A stretch of DNA of 64,000 nt, from positions 17,994 through 81,993 of the forward strand of contig CAZCXU010000001.1 of the NCBI GenBank assembly GCA_964502885.1, written 5' to 3'. Positions 1-10,070 of the stretch are shown one piece after another. The stretch comes from an uncultured Gammaproteobacteria bacterium (GTDB lineage Bacteria > Patescibacteriota > Microgenomatia > CAZETR01 > Amesbacteraceae). The notes under the pieces are model-generated. The model was given only the letters and a program-made list of their open reading frames with translations. It was not told the DNA's origin and did not search any database. The position numbers were made by a program, and so were the translations under genes. Position 1 is the first letter of the stretch, and each line of letters begins with the position of its first letter.

Positions 1-645
1 GCCACAATCACAGTTTGGATTACAGACCTCGCCAAATTTTGGATCATGAGGGATGGAAGTAAATTCGTAGAAGATCTCTGAATCTGGTCCACCAGGTTCC
101 CCTTCGGGCATATTTTCAGGGACACCAGAACGGGACCACCAGTTTTTGTTGCTGGGATACTGAAAAATTCGCTCGCCAACCTTAGCGTTTATGCCTACTC
201 TAGAATAAATTTCCTGCCAGAGCGAAATTGATTCCGCATCAGGATCCAAGTTATTACCGGGATCGCCGGCAAAGACAGACACGTAAAGCTTTCGAGGATC
301 TAAACCTAGTTCTTGGGTGAGAAATTCAAAAACCCAGTGAAGTTGTTCGGTTTTAAAATAATCACCGAGTGACCAGTTGCCCAGCATTTCGAAGAAAGTG
401 ATATGACGATTGTCGCCAACTTCCTCAATATCCTGGGAGCGAAAACATTTTTGGGAATCAACGATACGAGTCCCCAATGGATGCGGCTGACCAAGCAAGT
501 AAGTGATCATTGGCTGCATGCCAGAGCCAGTAAAAAGAGTGGTGGGATCATTTTCCGGGACTAGAGGGGCGGATGGAACAATTTGATGCCCGCGGGCGGC
601 AAAAAAATCTAAATACTTCTTGCGTAGTTGTGAGCCTGAAATCAT
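1..645 (-). CDS. alaS: Alanine--tRNA ligase (AlaRS), N-terminal catalytic fragment. The gene continues past the window start.
   Basis: Manual translation of the reverse strand from ATG at 645 gives MISGSQLRKKYLDFFAARGHQIVPSAPLVPENDPTTLFTGSGMQPM...HITFFEMLGNWSLGDYFK...GEPGGPDSEIFYEF. These are the class II AlaRS motifs (FFEMLGNxSxGDYFK, GPxGPxSEIFYD). The frame stays open to position 1. The ORF track missed it because it is truncated at the edge. Confidence 0.85.
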   Translation of the reverse strand, partial: MISGSQLRKKYLDFFAARGHQIVPSAPLVPENDPTTLFTGSGMQPMITYLLGQPHPLGTRIVDSQKCFRSQDIEEVGDNRHITFFEMLGNWSLGDYFKTEQLHWVFEFLTQELGLDPRKLYVSVFAGDPGNNLDPDAESISLWQEIYSRVGINAKVGERIFQYPSNKNWWSRSGVPENMPEGEPGGPDSEIFYEFTSIPHDPKFGEVCNPNCDCG

Positions 646-662
646 GCGCTCATTATACCCGA

Positions 663-1010
663 TCAGGAACTACGAAGCGGAAGGCCGGCTTTTTTGAAAA
701 AACGGGGAAACCTGGATTCGGACAGGTGACTCTTTGAGGGGGTGATAACCTTGTCCGGAGTGGCAGCAATAATTTCGTCCTGTGTCTCGTGGACCAAATC
801 CTTGACCTCGGTAAAGAAAGAGTTGACTGCAGTTACGGGACGAACGGCAGACTCAGAAAGAGTCTGGGTGTTGTCTAGAATGCGATTTAGTTTTTTTACT
901 GTAATGCGCATATCGTGCAGTATATGAAAAATCTGAAAACCAATTGCTGATAGCATAATGGTAAATGTTGCTATGACTGCGGCGAGAAGAATCTGAATGA
1001 GGATCGTCAT
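663..1010 (-). CDS. Small N-terminally anchored membrane protein (DUF948-like), hypothetical
   Basis: 115 aa. One N-terminal TM helix (ILLAAVIATFTIMLSAIGF) followed by a polar, coiled-coil-like region. Lies between alaS and the RodZ-like gene on the same strand. Confidence 0.45.
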   Translation of the reverse strand: MTILIQILLAAVIATFTIMLSAIGFQIFHILHDMRITVKKLNRILDNTQTLSESAVRPVTAVNSFFTEVKDLVHETQDEIIAATPDKVITPSKSHLSESRFPRFFKKAGLPLRSS

Positions 1011-1024
1011 ATGTTTGGATTAAG

Positions 1025-1675
1025 TTAATCTGAATTTTGCGGCTCTGTCAAGGTGACACGACGCTCAATTTCCGTCGTTTTGCTGTTTTTGCCCACAGAA
1101 ATGATCCGAAAATTATTGTCTCCAGGTTTAAGGGGCATACGGATTGAAAACTCCCCACCCTTGTCCAGAGAAATTAAATTACCATTTATCGAAACAGCGG
1201 CTTCAGGATCGGTTCGACCAATTATTTCCACTGTGGAATGGGTTGTGCTTAAATCTCCGGCTGGTACGATGACCAAAAGCTGTGGCGGGCCGAGATACTG
1301 CCAAAACTGGAAACCCAGATAAACGGCAAACATGGTGAAGATGCTGACAACTGCGGCAATTACAGTGGATCTGGGAGTCCACATACTACTTTGAGAAACG
1401 GGGTCTACAAAACTGCGGGGGACGATTTGACCGAAACGATTTTCGATAAAATCGCGACGGAAAATAGCCATAAGCTGGTCAGGATTTTCGCCTAAGAATT
1501 GGCCATAATTTTTTATGAAACCCTTGGCAATGGTGGCATTTGGCAGTCCGCGGTAATTATCAGACTCAAGCAAACGTAAGAAGTCGATGCGAATACGAGT
1601 AACTTTGGCTGCCTGCTCTAATTCCAGCTTCTGAGACAAGCGGGCTGCCTGTAACATCTGACCTACGGTTTTCAT
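1025..1675 (-). CDS. RodZ-like HTH (XRE-type) membrane protein with a C-terminal DUF4115-like domain
   Basis: The N-terminus MKTVGQMLQAARLSQKLELEQAAKVTRIRIDFLRLLE is a typical RodZ/XRE helix-turn-helix. A central TM segment (AAVVSIFTMFAVYLGFQFW) follows. The 3-prime end overlaps ftsK by 4 nt. Confidence 0.65.
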   Translation of the reverse strand: MKTVGQMLQAARLSQKLELEQAAKVTRIRIDFLRLLESDNYRGLPNATIAKGFIKNYGQFLGENPDQLMAIFRRDFIENRFGQIVPRSFVDPVSQSSMWTPRSTVIAAVVSIFTMFAVYLGFQFWQYLGPPQLLVIVPAGDLSTTHSTVEIIGRTDPEAAVSINGNLISLDKGGEFSIRMPLKPGDNNFRIISVGKNSKTTEIERRVTLTEPQNSD

Positions 1676-3870
1676 GAATTAAGAGAGCTTTCGGTGATCT
1701 CGTCCGAAGCTGCCTCCCCACTACCCGGCATTTCATGAATGAGAATTTCTCTGGCTTTGGCACCATCTGCGGGACCAATGTACCCAGATTGCTGCAACTC
1801 ATCCAGGACACGGGCGGCACGGGCATATCCAATACTAAGTTTGCGCTGCAGGAATGAAGCGGATGCGTTGTTGTGCTGAAGAATCAAACGCAAAGCATCC
1901 TCGAATAAAGAGTCTCGTTCTTCTCCATTTGAAGAAATGAAACTGGCTCCGCGGCCTTTTTTGAGTCCGGTAGGAGTGGAGGTAATCTCTTCAGTGTAGT
2001 TGGGAGTAACACCTTGTCTTTTGAGGAAATCAATGAGCTGGCGGGTTTCTTTGTCAGAAACAAACGCACCCTGGATACGTGAGGGCTTGGCGGCATCCGG
2101 AGGAACATAGAGCATGTCTCCCCTACCCAATAGTTTCTCAGCACCGGGCTGGTCGATAATGACGCGAGAGTCGATCATGCTGGAAACGGCAAATGCGATT
2201 CGGGTGGGGATGTTTGCTTTGATTAAGCCGGTGATAATGTCGACTGATGGCCTCTGGGTAGCGATAACGAGATGGATACCAGTAGCCCGGGCCATCTGAG
2301 CAATTCTGGTGATAGCATCTTCAACTTCGACAGGAGCAAACAACATGATATCTGCCAACTCATCAATAAAGATAACCAGATACGGTAGAGCCTGGAAACC
2401 GGACAGTTCATTGTAGCTTTCAAGGTTGCGGACACCAACTTCCGAGAACAATTTGTAACGACGATCCATCTCATGAGTAGCCCATTTTAGAGCAGATAGT
2501 ACTTTTTCCGGCTCAACGATGACCGGAGAAATTAGATGGGGAATTCCGTTGTACCCAGTTAACTCAACCCGTTTGGGATCGACCATAATAAGATTCAGCT
2601 CCTGAGGACTACAACGAAAGAGAAGTGATGAGATAAAGGCGTTGATAAGTATAGATTTACCAGAACCTGTCTGCCCAGCGACAAGCACATGCGGCATGCG
2701 GGAAATGTCGCCAATAATCGGCTGGCCTGAAACATCCAGCCCCATAGCGACGGCCAATTTACTCTTGTGGTGCTTCATGCGCTCATCATCAAGAATTTTA
2801 CGCAAGCCCACGAACTCTGGAGCACGATTGGGCAGCTCGATACCAACCAGGGATTTGCCGGGGATAGGCGCTTCGATGCGAATTTGACCGGTTGGAGCAG
2901 CTAAAGCCAGAGCCAAATCATTTGAAAGAGCGCTAATTTTACTAAGCTTTGTGCCAATGGCTACCTGAAGACAATATTGGGTGACTGCAGGACCTCCGTT
3001 GACCTCGACCACTTTGGCTTCGATACCAAAAGCGTCAAGTGTCTGCTCGATAGTATCGGCATTTTCCTTGACGCTACCACGATCGGCTTTTCCGGAGATA
3101 TTTTCTGATAGCAGGGTAAGGGGTGGATAGTGCCAGGGAGCATTTGAAGCTGACTGCGGGGTAGTCATATGTGGCAAGTCGTGGCTTTCGGGTGAAGACA
3201 AAGTTGCCAGTTTGGATGAAGCCGCCTTGCCGCCGCCTTCCAATTTGGGATCTGATATACCTGTAGTGCGCATAGGAGTCGGCTTTACCGGCAGACCACT
3301 CTGAACCTGACCGGAAATCTTGATCTGCGGCGGACCTTCCGGGAATTTGCCAGTAAGAGTTTGTTTGCCGGGACGATTGAAGAGTTTTATAAAAAGATTA
3401 ACAACATCTTCGAAAGGGACGTTGGACATGATCATAAGACCGATCAAGGTGGTAATAGTCAGAAGCAGATATGAGCCCGGGGCGGAAATCAGAAAACTGG
3501 AGCTGCGCCACATCTGCAAGCCCAGAGACCCATCATGGGTCAAACCAGATAAGGCAATGATTGTAATAATACTGCCGATCAAGGTGTGAGGTTGGCCGAG
3601 CGAATTTTTGAATTTGATTACCAACATGCCACCCACTAAGAACGGAAAGGGCAAAAACAGCGACGGTAATAGTCCTACATTGGCCAGCAAAAAGGAATTG
3701 ATTTTGGTAAGAAGTAAACCCTGACGAATGAATGAGATCCAAATGAGGCCAGCTAGGAAAAAAAGCATCAGCGCTGAAATGGAATAAACGGTGTGTTTTT
3801 TTAGCTTGAATTTGAATTTGTTGCGGCCAAATGGCGAGGACTTACGACCCATAAATTTATTATATAGCAC
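1672..3870 (-). CDS. ftsK: DNA translocase FtsK/SpoIIIE
   Basis: 732 aa. N-terminal TM segments. Walker A motif VLVAGQTGSGKS and the FtsK motor signature. C-terminal gamma winged-helix region LRLILQHNNASASFLQRKLSIGYARAARVLDELQQSGYIG. Confidence 0.9.
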   Translation of the reverse strand: MLYNKFMGRKSSPFGRNKFKFKLKKHTVYSISALMLFFLAGLIWISFIRQGLLLTKINSFLLANVGLLPSLFLPFPFLVGGMLVIKFKNSLGQPHTLIGSIITIIALSGLTHDGSLGLQMWRSSSFLISAPGSYLLLTITTLIGLMIMSNVPFEDVVNLFIKLFNRPGKQTLTGKFPEGPPQIKISGQVQSGLPVKPTPMRTTGISDPKLEGGGKAASSKLATLSSPESHDLPHMTTPQSASNAPWHYPPLTLLSENISGKADRGSVKENADTIEQTLDAFGIEAKVVEVNGGPAVTQYCLQVAIGTKLSKISALSNDLALALAAPTGQIRIEAPIPGKSLVGIELPNRAPEFVGLRKILDDERMKHHKSKLAVAMGLDVSGQPIIGDISRMPHVLVAGQTGSGKSILINAFISSLLFRCSPQELNLIMVDPKRVELTGYNGIPHLISPVIVEPEKVLSALKWATHEMDRRYKLFSEVGVRNLESYNELSGFQALPYLVIFIDELADIMLFAPVEVEDAITRIAQMARATGIHLVIATQRPSVDIITGLIKANIPTRIAFAVSSMIDSRVIIDQPGAEKLLGRGDMLYVPPDAAKPSRIQGAFVSDKETRQLIDFLKRQGVTPNYTEEITSTPTGLKKGRGASFISSNGEERDSLFEDALRLILQHNNASASFLQRKLSIGYARAARVLDELQQSGYIGPADGAKAREILIHEMPGSGEAASDEITESSLNS

Positions 3871-3969
3871 CTGAGGTATATATTTCCGTCATACGGCAAT
3901 TTGTGTGTGGATACTCATCATTGGAGGAAAATGTCCGTCACTGCAAATCATAAATAATACGGGAGTTTT

Positions 3970-5631
3970 TTAGGATTCTACGACTACGGGAATTATCATC
4001 GGACGGCGGTGTGTCTGTTCGAAAAGAAAAGTCTCCAGAGATGTAGTAATAATCTGTCGTAAATGGCGTTCTGATTCGATTTTTCCAGATTTCCCCCCCA
4101 CGGACTGCTTTATCTTTTGTGAAGCCTGGGCAAGCAAGTTGGCACTGTATTTTTCAAAAACGAAACCACGGCTGATCAACTCAAGATCGATGATGCTGCC
4201 CAGGTTGTTTTGATCTACTTCAGCAATGGCCACGACCACACCTTCTTCAGCCAATTGCTGGCGATCGCGTAAGACTACATTGCCAACATCCCCAACACCC
4301 AAACCGTCTACCATAACGTTTCGCACCGGAACTGGAGCCCCCAAGGAAACGCCAGCAGGAGTAATTACTATTGAGTAGCTATTTTCCGGCAAAAGGATTT
4401 TGTCCGGAGAATAACCCATCTTCTGGGCGAGCCGCGAATACTGAACCATATGCCGATAAGTACCTCCGATTGGCAGTAAATACTGTGGACGAGTAAGCGA
4501 CATAAGTAGAAGCATGTCCTGCTGACCACCATGGCCCGAGACGTGTAAGTGATCGGTAATTTCGGAATAAATTACCTCGGCGCCCTGCTTGGAAAGAGCG
4601 TCAATAAGGGAATGAACTGCAGTCTCATTGCCGGGAATATAGTCTGAAGAGAACATGACTTTGTCGCCAGGGGCAATGCGAATATCCTTATGATCACCAG
4701 TAGCGACCCGCTCCATGGAGGAACCAGTTTGGGCTTGAGAACCAGCGATAAGAATACAGACATTTTTGGGAGGAAGCCGACGAACATCCTTGGTCTGGAT
4801 AAAGGCACTTTTTGGCAAATTGAAATAACCGAGTTTTCCTGCAATGTCGAGATTTCGATCGATGCTACGGCCGGATATGGCGATTTTTCGGCCATGGGCG
4901 ATTGCCGACTTGGCAGCCTGATACCAACGACTAATATTGCTGCTCATTGAAGTAACAATAAATTTTCCACGACAACTGGCAACTTCACGATCAAATGTTT
5001 CCTGCAGAGTCTGCTCCGATGGAGTATATCCGGCCCGCTCACTTCCGAGAGAATCTGACAGCAATAGGCGAATTCCGTCACTACCTGCCCTGGCAATACG
5101 GCGAACATCCGGCTGAACCCCATCAATTGGCGTAAAGTCAAATTTGAAATCGCTGCCGTGATAAACGGTACCAACCGGACTGTGAATGATTAAGTGGGTA
5201 GAGTCCGGAATAGAGTGAGTAATGCGCACTGATTCGACGGTAAATTTTCCCAGCTGCAGAGGCTGGCCAGGAATGAGAATGTTGATTTTCTTGGGCATAT
5301 TTTGGTACTCTGCGAGTTTGTCCATGATGAGGTTGGCCGGCAACTGACTGGCATATACAGGAATATTGGGTAGACGAGGCAGAATATAGGCTAGACCGCC
5401 CGTGTGATCTTCGTGACCGTGGGTAATAACCAAACCTCGAATACGAGATAGCTTGTCTTTGAGGTAGGTGATATCGGGAATTAAGATGTCCACCCCATAC
5501 ATATCCTCTGTGGGAAAACCCATGCCGCAATCGACAAGGAGAATATCGTCTTCCAGTTCGTAAACGAACATGTTTGAGGTGACTTTTCCGAAACCTCCAA
5601 GGGAAATTATTTTGAGAGTAGGATTTGCCAT
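3970..5631 (-). CDS. rnj: Ribonuclease J (metallo-beta-lactamase/beta-CASP RNase)
   Basis: 553 aa. N-terminal KIISLGGFGKVTSNMFVYE...LLVDCGMGFP and the HGHEDHTGGL zinc-binding motif. beta-CASP and C-terminal domains are present. Confidence 0.9.
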   Translation of the reverse strand: MANPTLKIISLGGFGKVTSNMFVYELEDDILLVDCGMGFPTEDMYGVDILIPDITYLKDKLSRIRGLVITHGHEDHTGGLAYILPRLPNIPVYASQLPANLIMDKLAEYQNMPKKINILIPGQPLQLGKFTVESVRITHSIPDSTHLIIHSPVGTVYHGSDFKFDFTPIDGVQPDVRRIARAGSDGIRLLLSDSLGSERAGYTPSEQTLQETFDREVASCRGKFIVTSMSSNISRWYQAAKSAIAHGRKIAISGRSIDRNLDIAGKLGYFNLPKSAFIQTKDVRRLPPKNVCILIAGSQAQTGSSMERVATGDHKDIRIAPGDKVMFSSDYIPGNETAVHSLIDALSKQGAEVIYSEITDHLHVSGHGGQQDMLLLMSLTRPQYLLPIGGTYRHMVQYSRLAQKMGYSPDKILLPENSYSIVITPAGVSLGAPVPVRNVMVDGLGVGDVGNVVLRDRQQLAEEGVVVAIAEVDQNNLGSIIDLELISRGFVFEKYSANLLAQASQKIKQSVGGKSGKIESERHLRQIITTSLETFLFEQTHRRPMIIPVVVES

Positions 5632-5651
5632 GCTAATGGTATTGTAATCGA

Positions 5652-6302
5652 CTAGAAAAGAGATTGCTGGGCTTTTTTGGCCAACTCTTCGACTGGAGCG
5701 CCTGTTTTCCCGTCAGTTTTCTGGGCTTGTAAATAAGCGTTTAATTTCTGGAAATCAGCTACAAATGCCGCCATCATATCTCCGGAACGAAGCGCAGCAG
5801 CGGGATGATACATGGGAAAAATTAGAATCGGATGGGTTACTTCCGGAAAGCGATAATTGCGCGGCTGACCATGTACACGAGATATGGAGGCATCAGGAAT
5901 AAATTTACCCATTGAGTAGCGCCCAAGAGTGACTATGATTTTAGGGCTAACAATCTGAATCTGACGATCCAACCAACCTTTGCAGGCGAGAATCTCCTCG
6001 GGCGTGGGGTCACGGTTTTCGGGAGGACGAAATTTGACGATGTTGGTAATAAATACTTCAGAACGGGTAAGATGGAGTGGATCGGTCAAAACTTTTTCCA
6101 ATAATTTCCCTGCTTGACCTACGAATGGGCGGCCCAGCTTATCTTCGTTGAAACCGGGAGCTTCTCCTATAAACATGATGCTGGCATTGGGATCGCCTTC
6201 TCCTGGAACGGAGCGAATACAATTGCGGGCGATGTCTAAATCTCTAAATGAGGCAATTTCGGAGGCAATCTGATCCAGAGCGGCTTTTTTGTCTAAATCC
6301 AT
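5652..6302 (-). CDS. Uracil-DNA glycosylase, family 4
   Basis: 216 aa. Motif MFIGEAPGFNEDKLGRPFVGQAGKLL is the UDG family 4 active-site signature. HPAAALR lies near the C-terminus. Confidence 0.85.
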   Translation of the reverse strand: MDLDKKAALDQIASEIASFRDLDIARNCIRSVPGEGDPNASIMFIGEAPGFNEDKLGRPFVGQAGKLLEKVLTDPLHLTRSEVFITNIVKFRPPENRDPTPEEILACKGWLDRQIQIVSPKIIVTLGRYSMGKFIPDASISRVHGQPRNYRFPEVTHPILIFPMYHPAAALRSGDMMAAFVADFQKLNAYLQAQKTDGKTGAPVEELAKKAQQSLF

Positions 6303-6305
6303 GAG

Positions 6306-7352
6306 TTAATATGTAGGGAGGTACTGTTTGACATTGTCTTCGGTAATCACAAATTCTTTACCCTTACCCTCTACTAATAATTTGGCAACCTTGCGGACTA
6401 TCCCCTCGATGGTTCTTTCCAGAGTACGAATACCGGCATCAAAACCCAGAGGACGAGTAATCTTGGCCCAGACGGAATCATCGAACTTGAGAGCACCGGT
6501 GGGAATTGCAGCTTTTTCGAGCTGAGCCGGAAGAATATATTCACGGGCAATGTGAATTTTTTCGTCATCGGAATATGATGGCATAAGAATGGGTTCAAGA
6601 CGGTCCATGACAGCCGTATTGATGTGGGTAGTGTTGTTTGCGGTGGCAATGAACATGACAGACGAGAGGTCAAACGGATAATCGATGTAATGATCGGAGA
6701 AAGAATTGTTTTGAGAGGGATCGAGAAGCTCGACCAATACACCCATAATTTCCCCCCTGGCGGTATCAGAAACACGATCGATTTCATCTAGTAATATGAC
6801 AGGATTTTTGACACCGGTACGACGCAGGCTCTTGATGATGTGTCCGGGCTCAGCTTCCCCATGAATCCGATACTGACCCCGTAGATCGAGAGCAGAATTC
6901 ATACCACCAAAAGGAATGCGGACAAATTTTCGTCCAAGTGCCTCGGCGATACTCTGAGCAATGGTAGTCTTTCCTGTACCCACAAGTCCGACTAACAACA
7001 GAATCGGAGCACGAAATCCGGAATCGGGCTTGCGACGATTGAGTATCATGACGGAAAGGTACTCCAAGAAACGTTCTTTGAGCGACTCCAGCCCATAATG
7101 GTGTTTGTCTAGAACCTGCTTTACGTGACCTAGATCGAGCAGATCTTCAGTCGCATTATTCCAGGGCAAGTGAGTAATCCAATCTATGTAATGAGAAATT
7201 TGTTCGTAGTCGGCACTGTAACTACCATGCTTGGCTTGTCTGCCCAGTCGTTCGATCATCTCCAGAGCGCGGGTTTTGAGATCAGTGGGCAAAACAGCCT
7301 GATCAACCTGGGCTTTGAGTTTTTGAATATCGAGAGTCAGTTCTTGATCCAC
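6306..7352 (-). CDS. Lon-like AAA+ ATPase module. It lacks both the LON N-domain and the S16 protease domain.
   Basis: 348 aa. It aligns along its whole length with the Lon AAA+ region: DKHHYGLESLKERFLEYLSV, Walker A LVGLVGTGKTT, RKFVRIPFGG, ILLDEIDRVS, LLDPSQNNSFSDHYIDYPFDLSSVMFIATAN, DRLEPI and DDEKIHIAREYILP. It ends exactly where the Lon protease domain would begin. UDG starts 3 nt downstream. Confidence 0.75.
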   Translation of the reverse strand: MDQELTLDIQKLKAQVDQAVLPTDLKTRALEMIERLGRQAKHGSYSADYEQISHYIDWITHLPWNNATEDLLDLGHVKQVLDKHHYGLESLKERFLEYLSVMILNRRKPDSGFRAPILLLVGLVGTGKTTIAQSIAEALGRKFVRIPFGGMNSALDLRGQYRIHGEAEPGHIIKSLRRTGVKNPVILLDEIDRVSDTARGEIMGVLVELLDPSQNNSFSDHYIDYPFDLSSVMFIATANNTTHINTAVMDRLEPILMPSYSDDEKIHIAREYILPAQLEKAAIPTGALKFDDSVWAKITRPLGFDAGIRTLERTIEGIVRKVAKLLVEGKGKEFVITEDNVKQYLPTY

Positions 7353-7381
7353 AATCTTATATTAGCAAACCGGAGCTATTG

Positions 7382-9592
7382 TTAGAAGCGACGGCGACCA
7401 CCGCGACCACCACGATCTCTGTCAAAACGTTTTGGGGCGTCAAACGGATCACCGGCATGACGATCGCCCCCACGGGAACCTTCTGTTTTAACTTTAACGG
7501 CTGGATTACCTTGATCATCAAATAACATACTAAGGTTGATGCGACCCTGAGAGTCTATCTCTGTAACCCAAACCTTGACTTTTTGTCCCTCTGAAACAAA
7601 TTGATTGGGATCCTGAACAAAACCCGGGTCCATCTGAGAAACATGGACCAATCCATCTTTTCCGGGGAGAATGTTCACAAAAGCACCAAAAGGCTGAATA
7701 CGGGCAACTGTGCCCTCATAAATTTCTCCGGGAATAACTTCTTTACCCAAACCGCTAATCCAAGCAACTGCTCGTGACGCACCATCAGGATCGGTTCCGG
7801 AGATAAAGACCGTACCGTCGTCCTTGACATCGATAGTCGTAGTAGTGGAAGCCATAAGAGCTTTGATATTTTTTCCGCCTGGACCAATCAGTTCACCGAT
7901 TTTTTCAACGGGAATCTGGGTGCGGATAATGCGAGGTGCGAGTGTAGAAATGTCTGATCTAGGAGCTGCGATAGCTGCGTGAATGACTTCGAGAATCTGT
8001 CCACGGGCAATCTTGGCTCTTTCAAAAGTCTCCTCACACATCTTTAGAGTAATACCGGGAACTTTGACGTCGAGCTGGATAGCGGTAACCCCGGTCTTGG
8101 TGCCTGCGACTTTGAAATCCATGTCTCCGTGATGATCTTCCATGCCGATAATGTCGGTAAGCAGAACATACTTGTTGCTCTTTTGGTAGTCGGGGGCTGT
8201 AACAAGCCCTATAGAAATACCAGCAACTGGCGCAAGGAGAGGAACGCCAGCATCCATGAGTGACAAAGTAGAGCCACAAGTGCTGGCCATGCTAGTAGAA
8301 CCATTTGAGCTCATGATTTCGGAAACAACACGAATGGCATATGGGAAGTCTGCTTCGGCAGGAATGACGGGCAAGAGTGCGCGTTCGGCTAATGCACCGT
8401 GACCAATTTCGCGACGGCTGGGACTGCCCATACGGCCAACTTCACCTGTGCTAAAAGGCGGGAAATTGTAGTGGTGAATATAACGCTTGGTTTCTTCGCC
8501 TTCGGCACTTTCGAGAGACTGATAGAGAGAGGGTGCGCCAAGGGTGGTGATCGTCAAAGCCTGAGTTTGGCCGCGTTGAAAAACGGCGGAACCATGGACT
8601 CGAGGGATTACGCCCACCTGAGCATCTAACGGACGAATTTCGTCGAATTTTCGACCATCTGGACGATGGGATTTTTCGAGGATGTTGCTACGAATTGTCT
8701 TGTGCAATAAATCTTCGACCAAACCCGACACATAGATTTTTTGGCTATCCTCAAGTCCATCAGCTGTGGCCTCAATGAGCTTGGAAAGTGTATTTCCTTC
8801 GTGAGAAGCGGCCTGAGTAATGAAAGCATCCATCGAAGGAGAGATGCGATCTTTTACCAGAGCTGCCACTTCGGCGGGAACTTCAACTGTGGGAAGTGCC
8901 AATTTCGTCTGACCAACCTCGGCCACCAATTCCTTGATCAAACCGATAATCTTTTGATTTTCGGTAAATCCTGCTTTCAGGCCTTCGAGAATGACTGATT
9001 CCGCAATCTGCTTTGCTCCGGCTTCGATCATGTCGATGAGATTTTCGGTGCTGCTGACGACAAGATCCAAAGTGACCCCTGACTGATTGCCATTTAGAGG
9101 ATTGACGACAACTTGGTTGTTTTCATCTACCCCAATACGAACTGTGGAAGTCGGTCCATTCCAGGGCAAGGGAGAAATGGCAATAGCGGCGGAAGCGGCT
9201 ATAGCTCCAACAATATCCGGATCATTGTCTTTGTCTGCAGAGAGAACCATAACGACGAGCTGAACATCACGACGAAAGTTTTTTGGGAATAGGGGGCGAA
9301 CAGTACGATCGATCAAGCGACCGGAAAGCGTCTCTGCATCTGTGGCACGACCTTCACGCTTCACCCAGCGGGAGCCTTTAATACGACCACCGGCATAAAG
9401 TCGCTCCTGGTACTCAACTGACAAAGGAAAATAATCCTTTTTGGTGTCTTCGTTGCCCATGGTGATAACCGCCATGACTGTAGTGTCGCCATATCGGGCG
9501 AGTACTGAAGATGTAGCTTGATGAGCGAAACGACCCACTTCTAATGAAAGTGTGCGTCCGGAAACTTCTAAGGACTTCTTGGTAATTTTCAT
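7382..9592 (-). CDS. pnp: Polyribonucleotide nucleotidyltransferase (PNPase)
   Basis: 736 aa. Two RNase PH domains, KH and S1 domains, and an RGG-rich C-terminal tail. Confidence 0.95.
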   Translation of the reverse strand: MKITKKSLEVSGRTLSLEVGRFAHQATSSVLARYGDTTVMAVITMGNEDTKKDYFPLSVEYQERLYAGGRIKGSRWVKREGRATDAETLSGRLIDRTVRPLFPKNFRRDVQLVVMVLSADKDNDPDIVGAIAASAAIAISPLPWNGPTSTVRIGVDENNQVVVNPLNGNQSGVTLDLVVSSTENLIDMIEAGAKQIAESVILEGLKAGFTENQKIIGLIKELVAEVGQTKLALPTVEVPAEVAALVKDRISPSMDAFITQAASHEGNTLSKLIEATADGLEDSQKIYVSGLVEDLLHKTIRSNILEKSHRPDGRKFDEIRPLDAQVGVIPRVHGSAVFQRGQTQALTITTLGAPSLYQSLESAEGEETKRYIHHYNFPPFSTGEVGRMGSPSRREIGHGALAERALLPVIPAEADFPYAIRVVSEIMSSNGSTSMASTCGSTLSLMDAGVPLLAPVAGISIGLVTAPDYQKSNKYVLLTDIIGMEDHHGDMDFKVAGTKTGVTAIQLDVKVPGITLKMCEETFERAKIARGQILEVIHAAIAAPRSDISTLAPRIIRTQIPVEKIGELIGPGGKNIKALMASTTTTIDVKDDGTVFISGTDPDGASRAVAWISGLGKEVIPGEIYEGTVARIQPFGAFVNILPGKDGLVHVSQMDPGFVQDPNQFVSEGQKVKVWVTEIDSQGRINLSMLFDDQGNPAVKVKTEGSRGGDRHAGDPFDAPKRFDRDRGGRGGRRRF

Positions 9593-9689
9593 AATTTAAG
9601 TTCTTTTGAGAAGCAAACAGGAGAAAAACTGTGAGGTACTTTCTGGTTTGTTCTTTTTTGTTCTGTTGGTTATATTAACAGACGGTGAG

Positions 9690-9959
9690 TTATTTGGAAA
9701 GGCCGAGTTTCTTACCCACGTCCTTGAAACGATCAAGGTCTTTCTTTTGTAAATAAGCAAGTAGTCTGCGGCGCTTGCTGACCATGCTGATCAATCCACG
9801 ACGAGAATGATTGTCTTTTTTGTGCAACTTCAGATGCTCTGCCAATTTGGTGATCTTTTCAGAGAGAAGAGCAATCTGGACTTCGGGAGAACCAGTGTCG
9901 CCTTTAACTACGGCAAATTTTTTGATGATCTCTTGTTTTGATTTGGTGTTTAGGGCCAT
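9690..9959 (-). CDS. rpsO: 30S ribosomal protein S15
   Basis: 89 aa. [37 protein letters not shown] is the conserved S15 core. It has the canonical position upstream of pnp. Confidence 0.95.
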   Translation of the reverse strand: MALNTKSKQEIIKKFAVVKGDTGSPEVQIALLSEKITKLAEHLKLHKKDNHSRRGLISMVSKRRRLLAYLQKKDLDRFKDVGKKLGLSK

Positions 9960-10070
9960 ATTTTTGGACTAAAAAAAATTAAGATAGGGCCAACTTAGCG
10001 AGATGAGAAAGCCTCTCAAGCTGTGGCTAATTCTTAACTGAATATGCGAATTATATCACGCAATTGATTT

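Noticed and set aside
3871-3969. Scanned all intergenic spacers (3871-3969, 9593-9689, 9960-10070, 12399-12474, 14505-14704, 31398-31464, 47966-48079, 63874-64000) for tRNA, tmRNA or other structured RNA genes
   Set aside because: None shows a cloverleaf-compatible GC-rich 70-90 nt segment or conserved T-loop/anticodon features. They are AT-rich promoter or leader regions.
5138-5530. 130-aa and other antisense or out-of-frame ORFs inside rnj, pnp, fusA, infB, dnaK and other genes (for example 4572..4895, 8034..8279, 11365..11655, 15038..15385, 16093..16602)
   Set aside because: Each lies inside a strongly supported conserved gene in another frame or strand and has low-complexity or atypical composition. 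They are typical shadow ORFs.
6306-7352. Possibility that the Lon-like gene is a pseudogene fragment
   Set aside because: The ORF is intact from a sensible start to a stop at the exact domain boundary. It is tightly packed against the next gene with a 3-nt gap and has no internal stops or frameshifts. A functional stand-alone AAA+ protein is more parsimonious, though it remains unproven.
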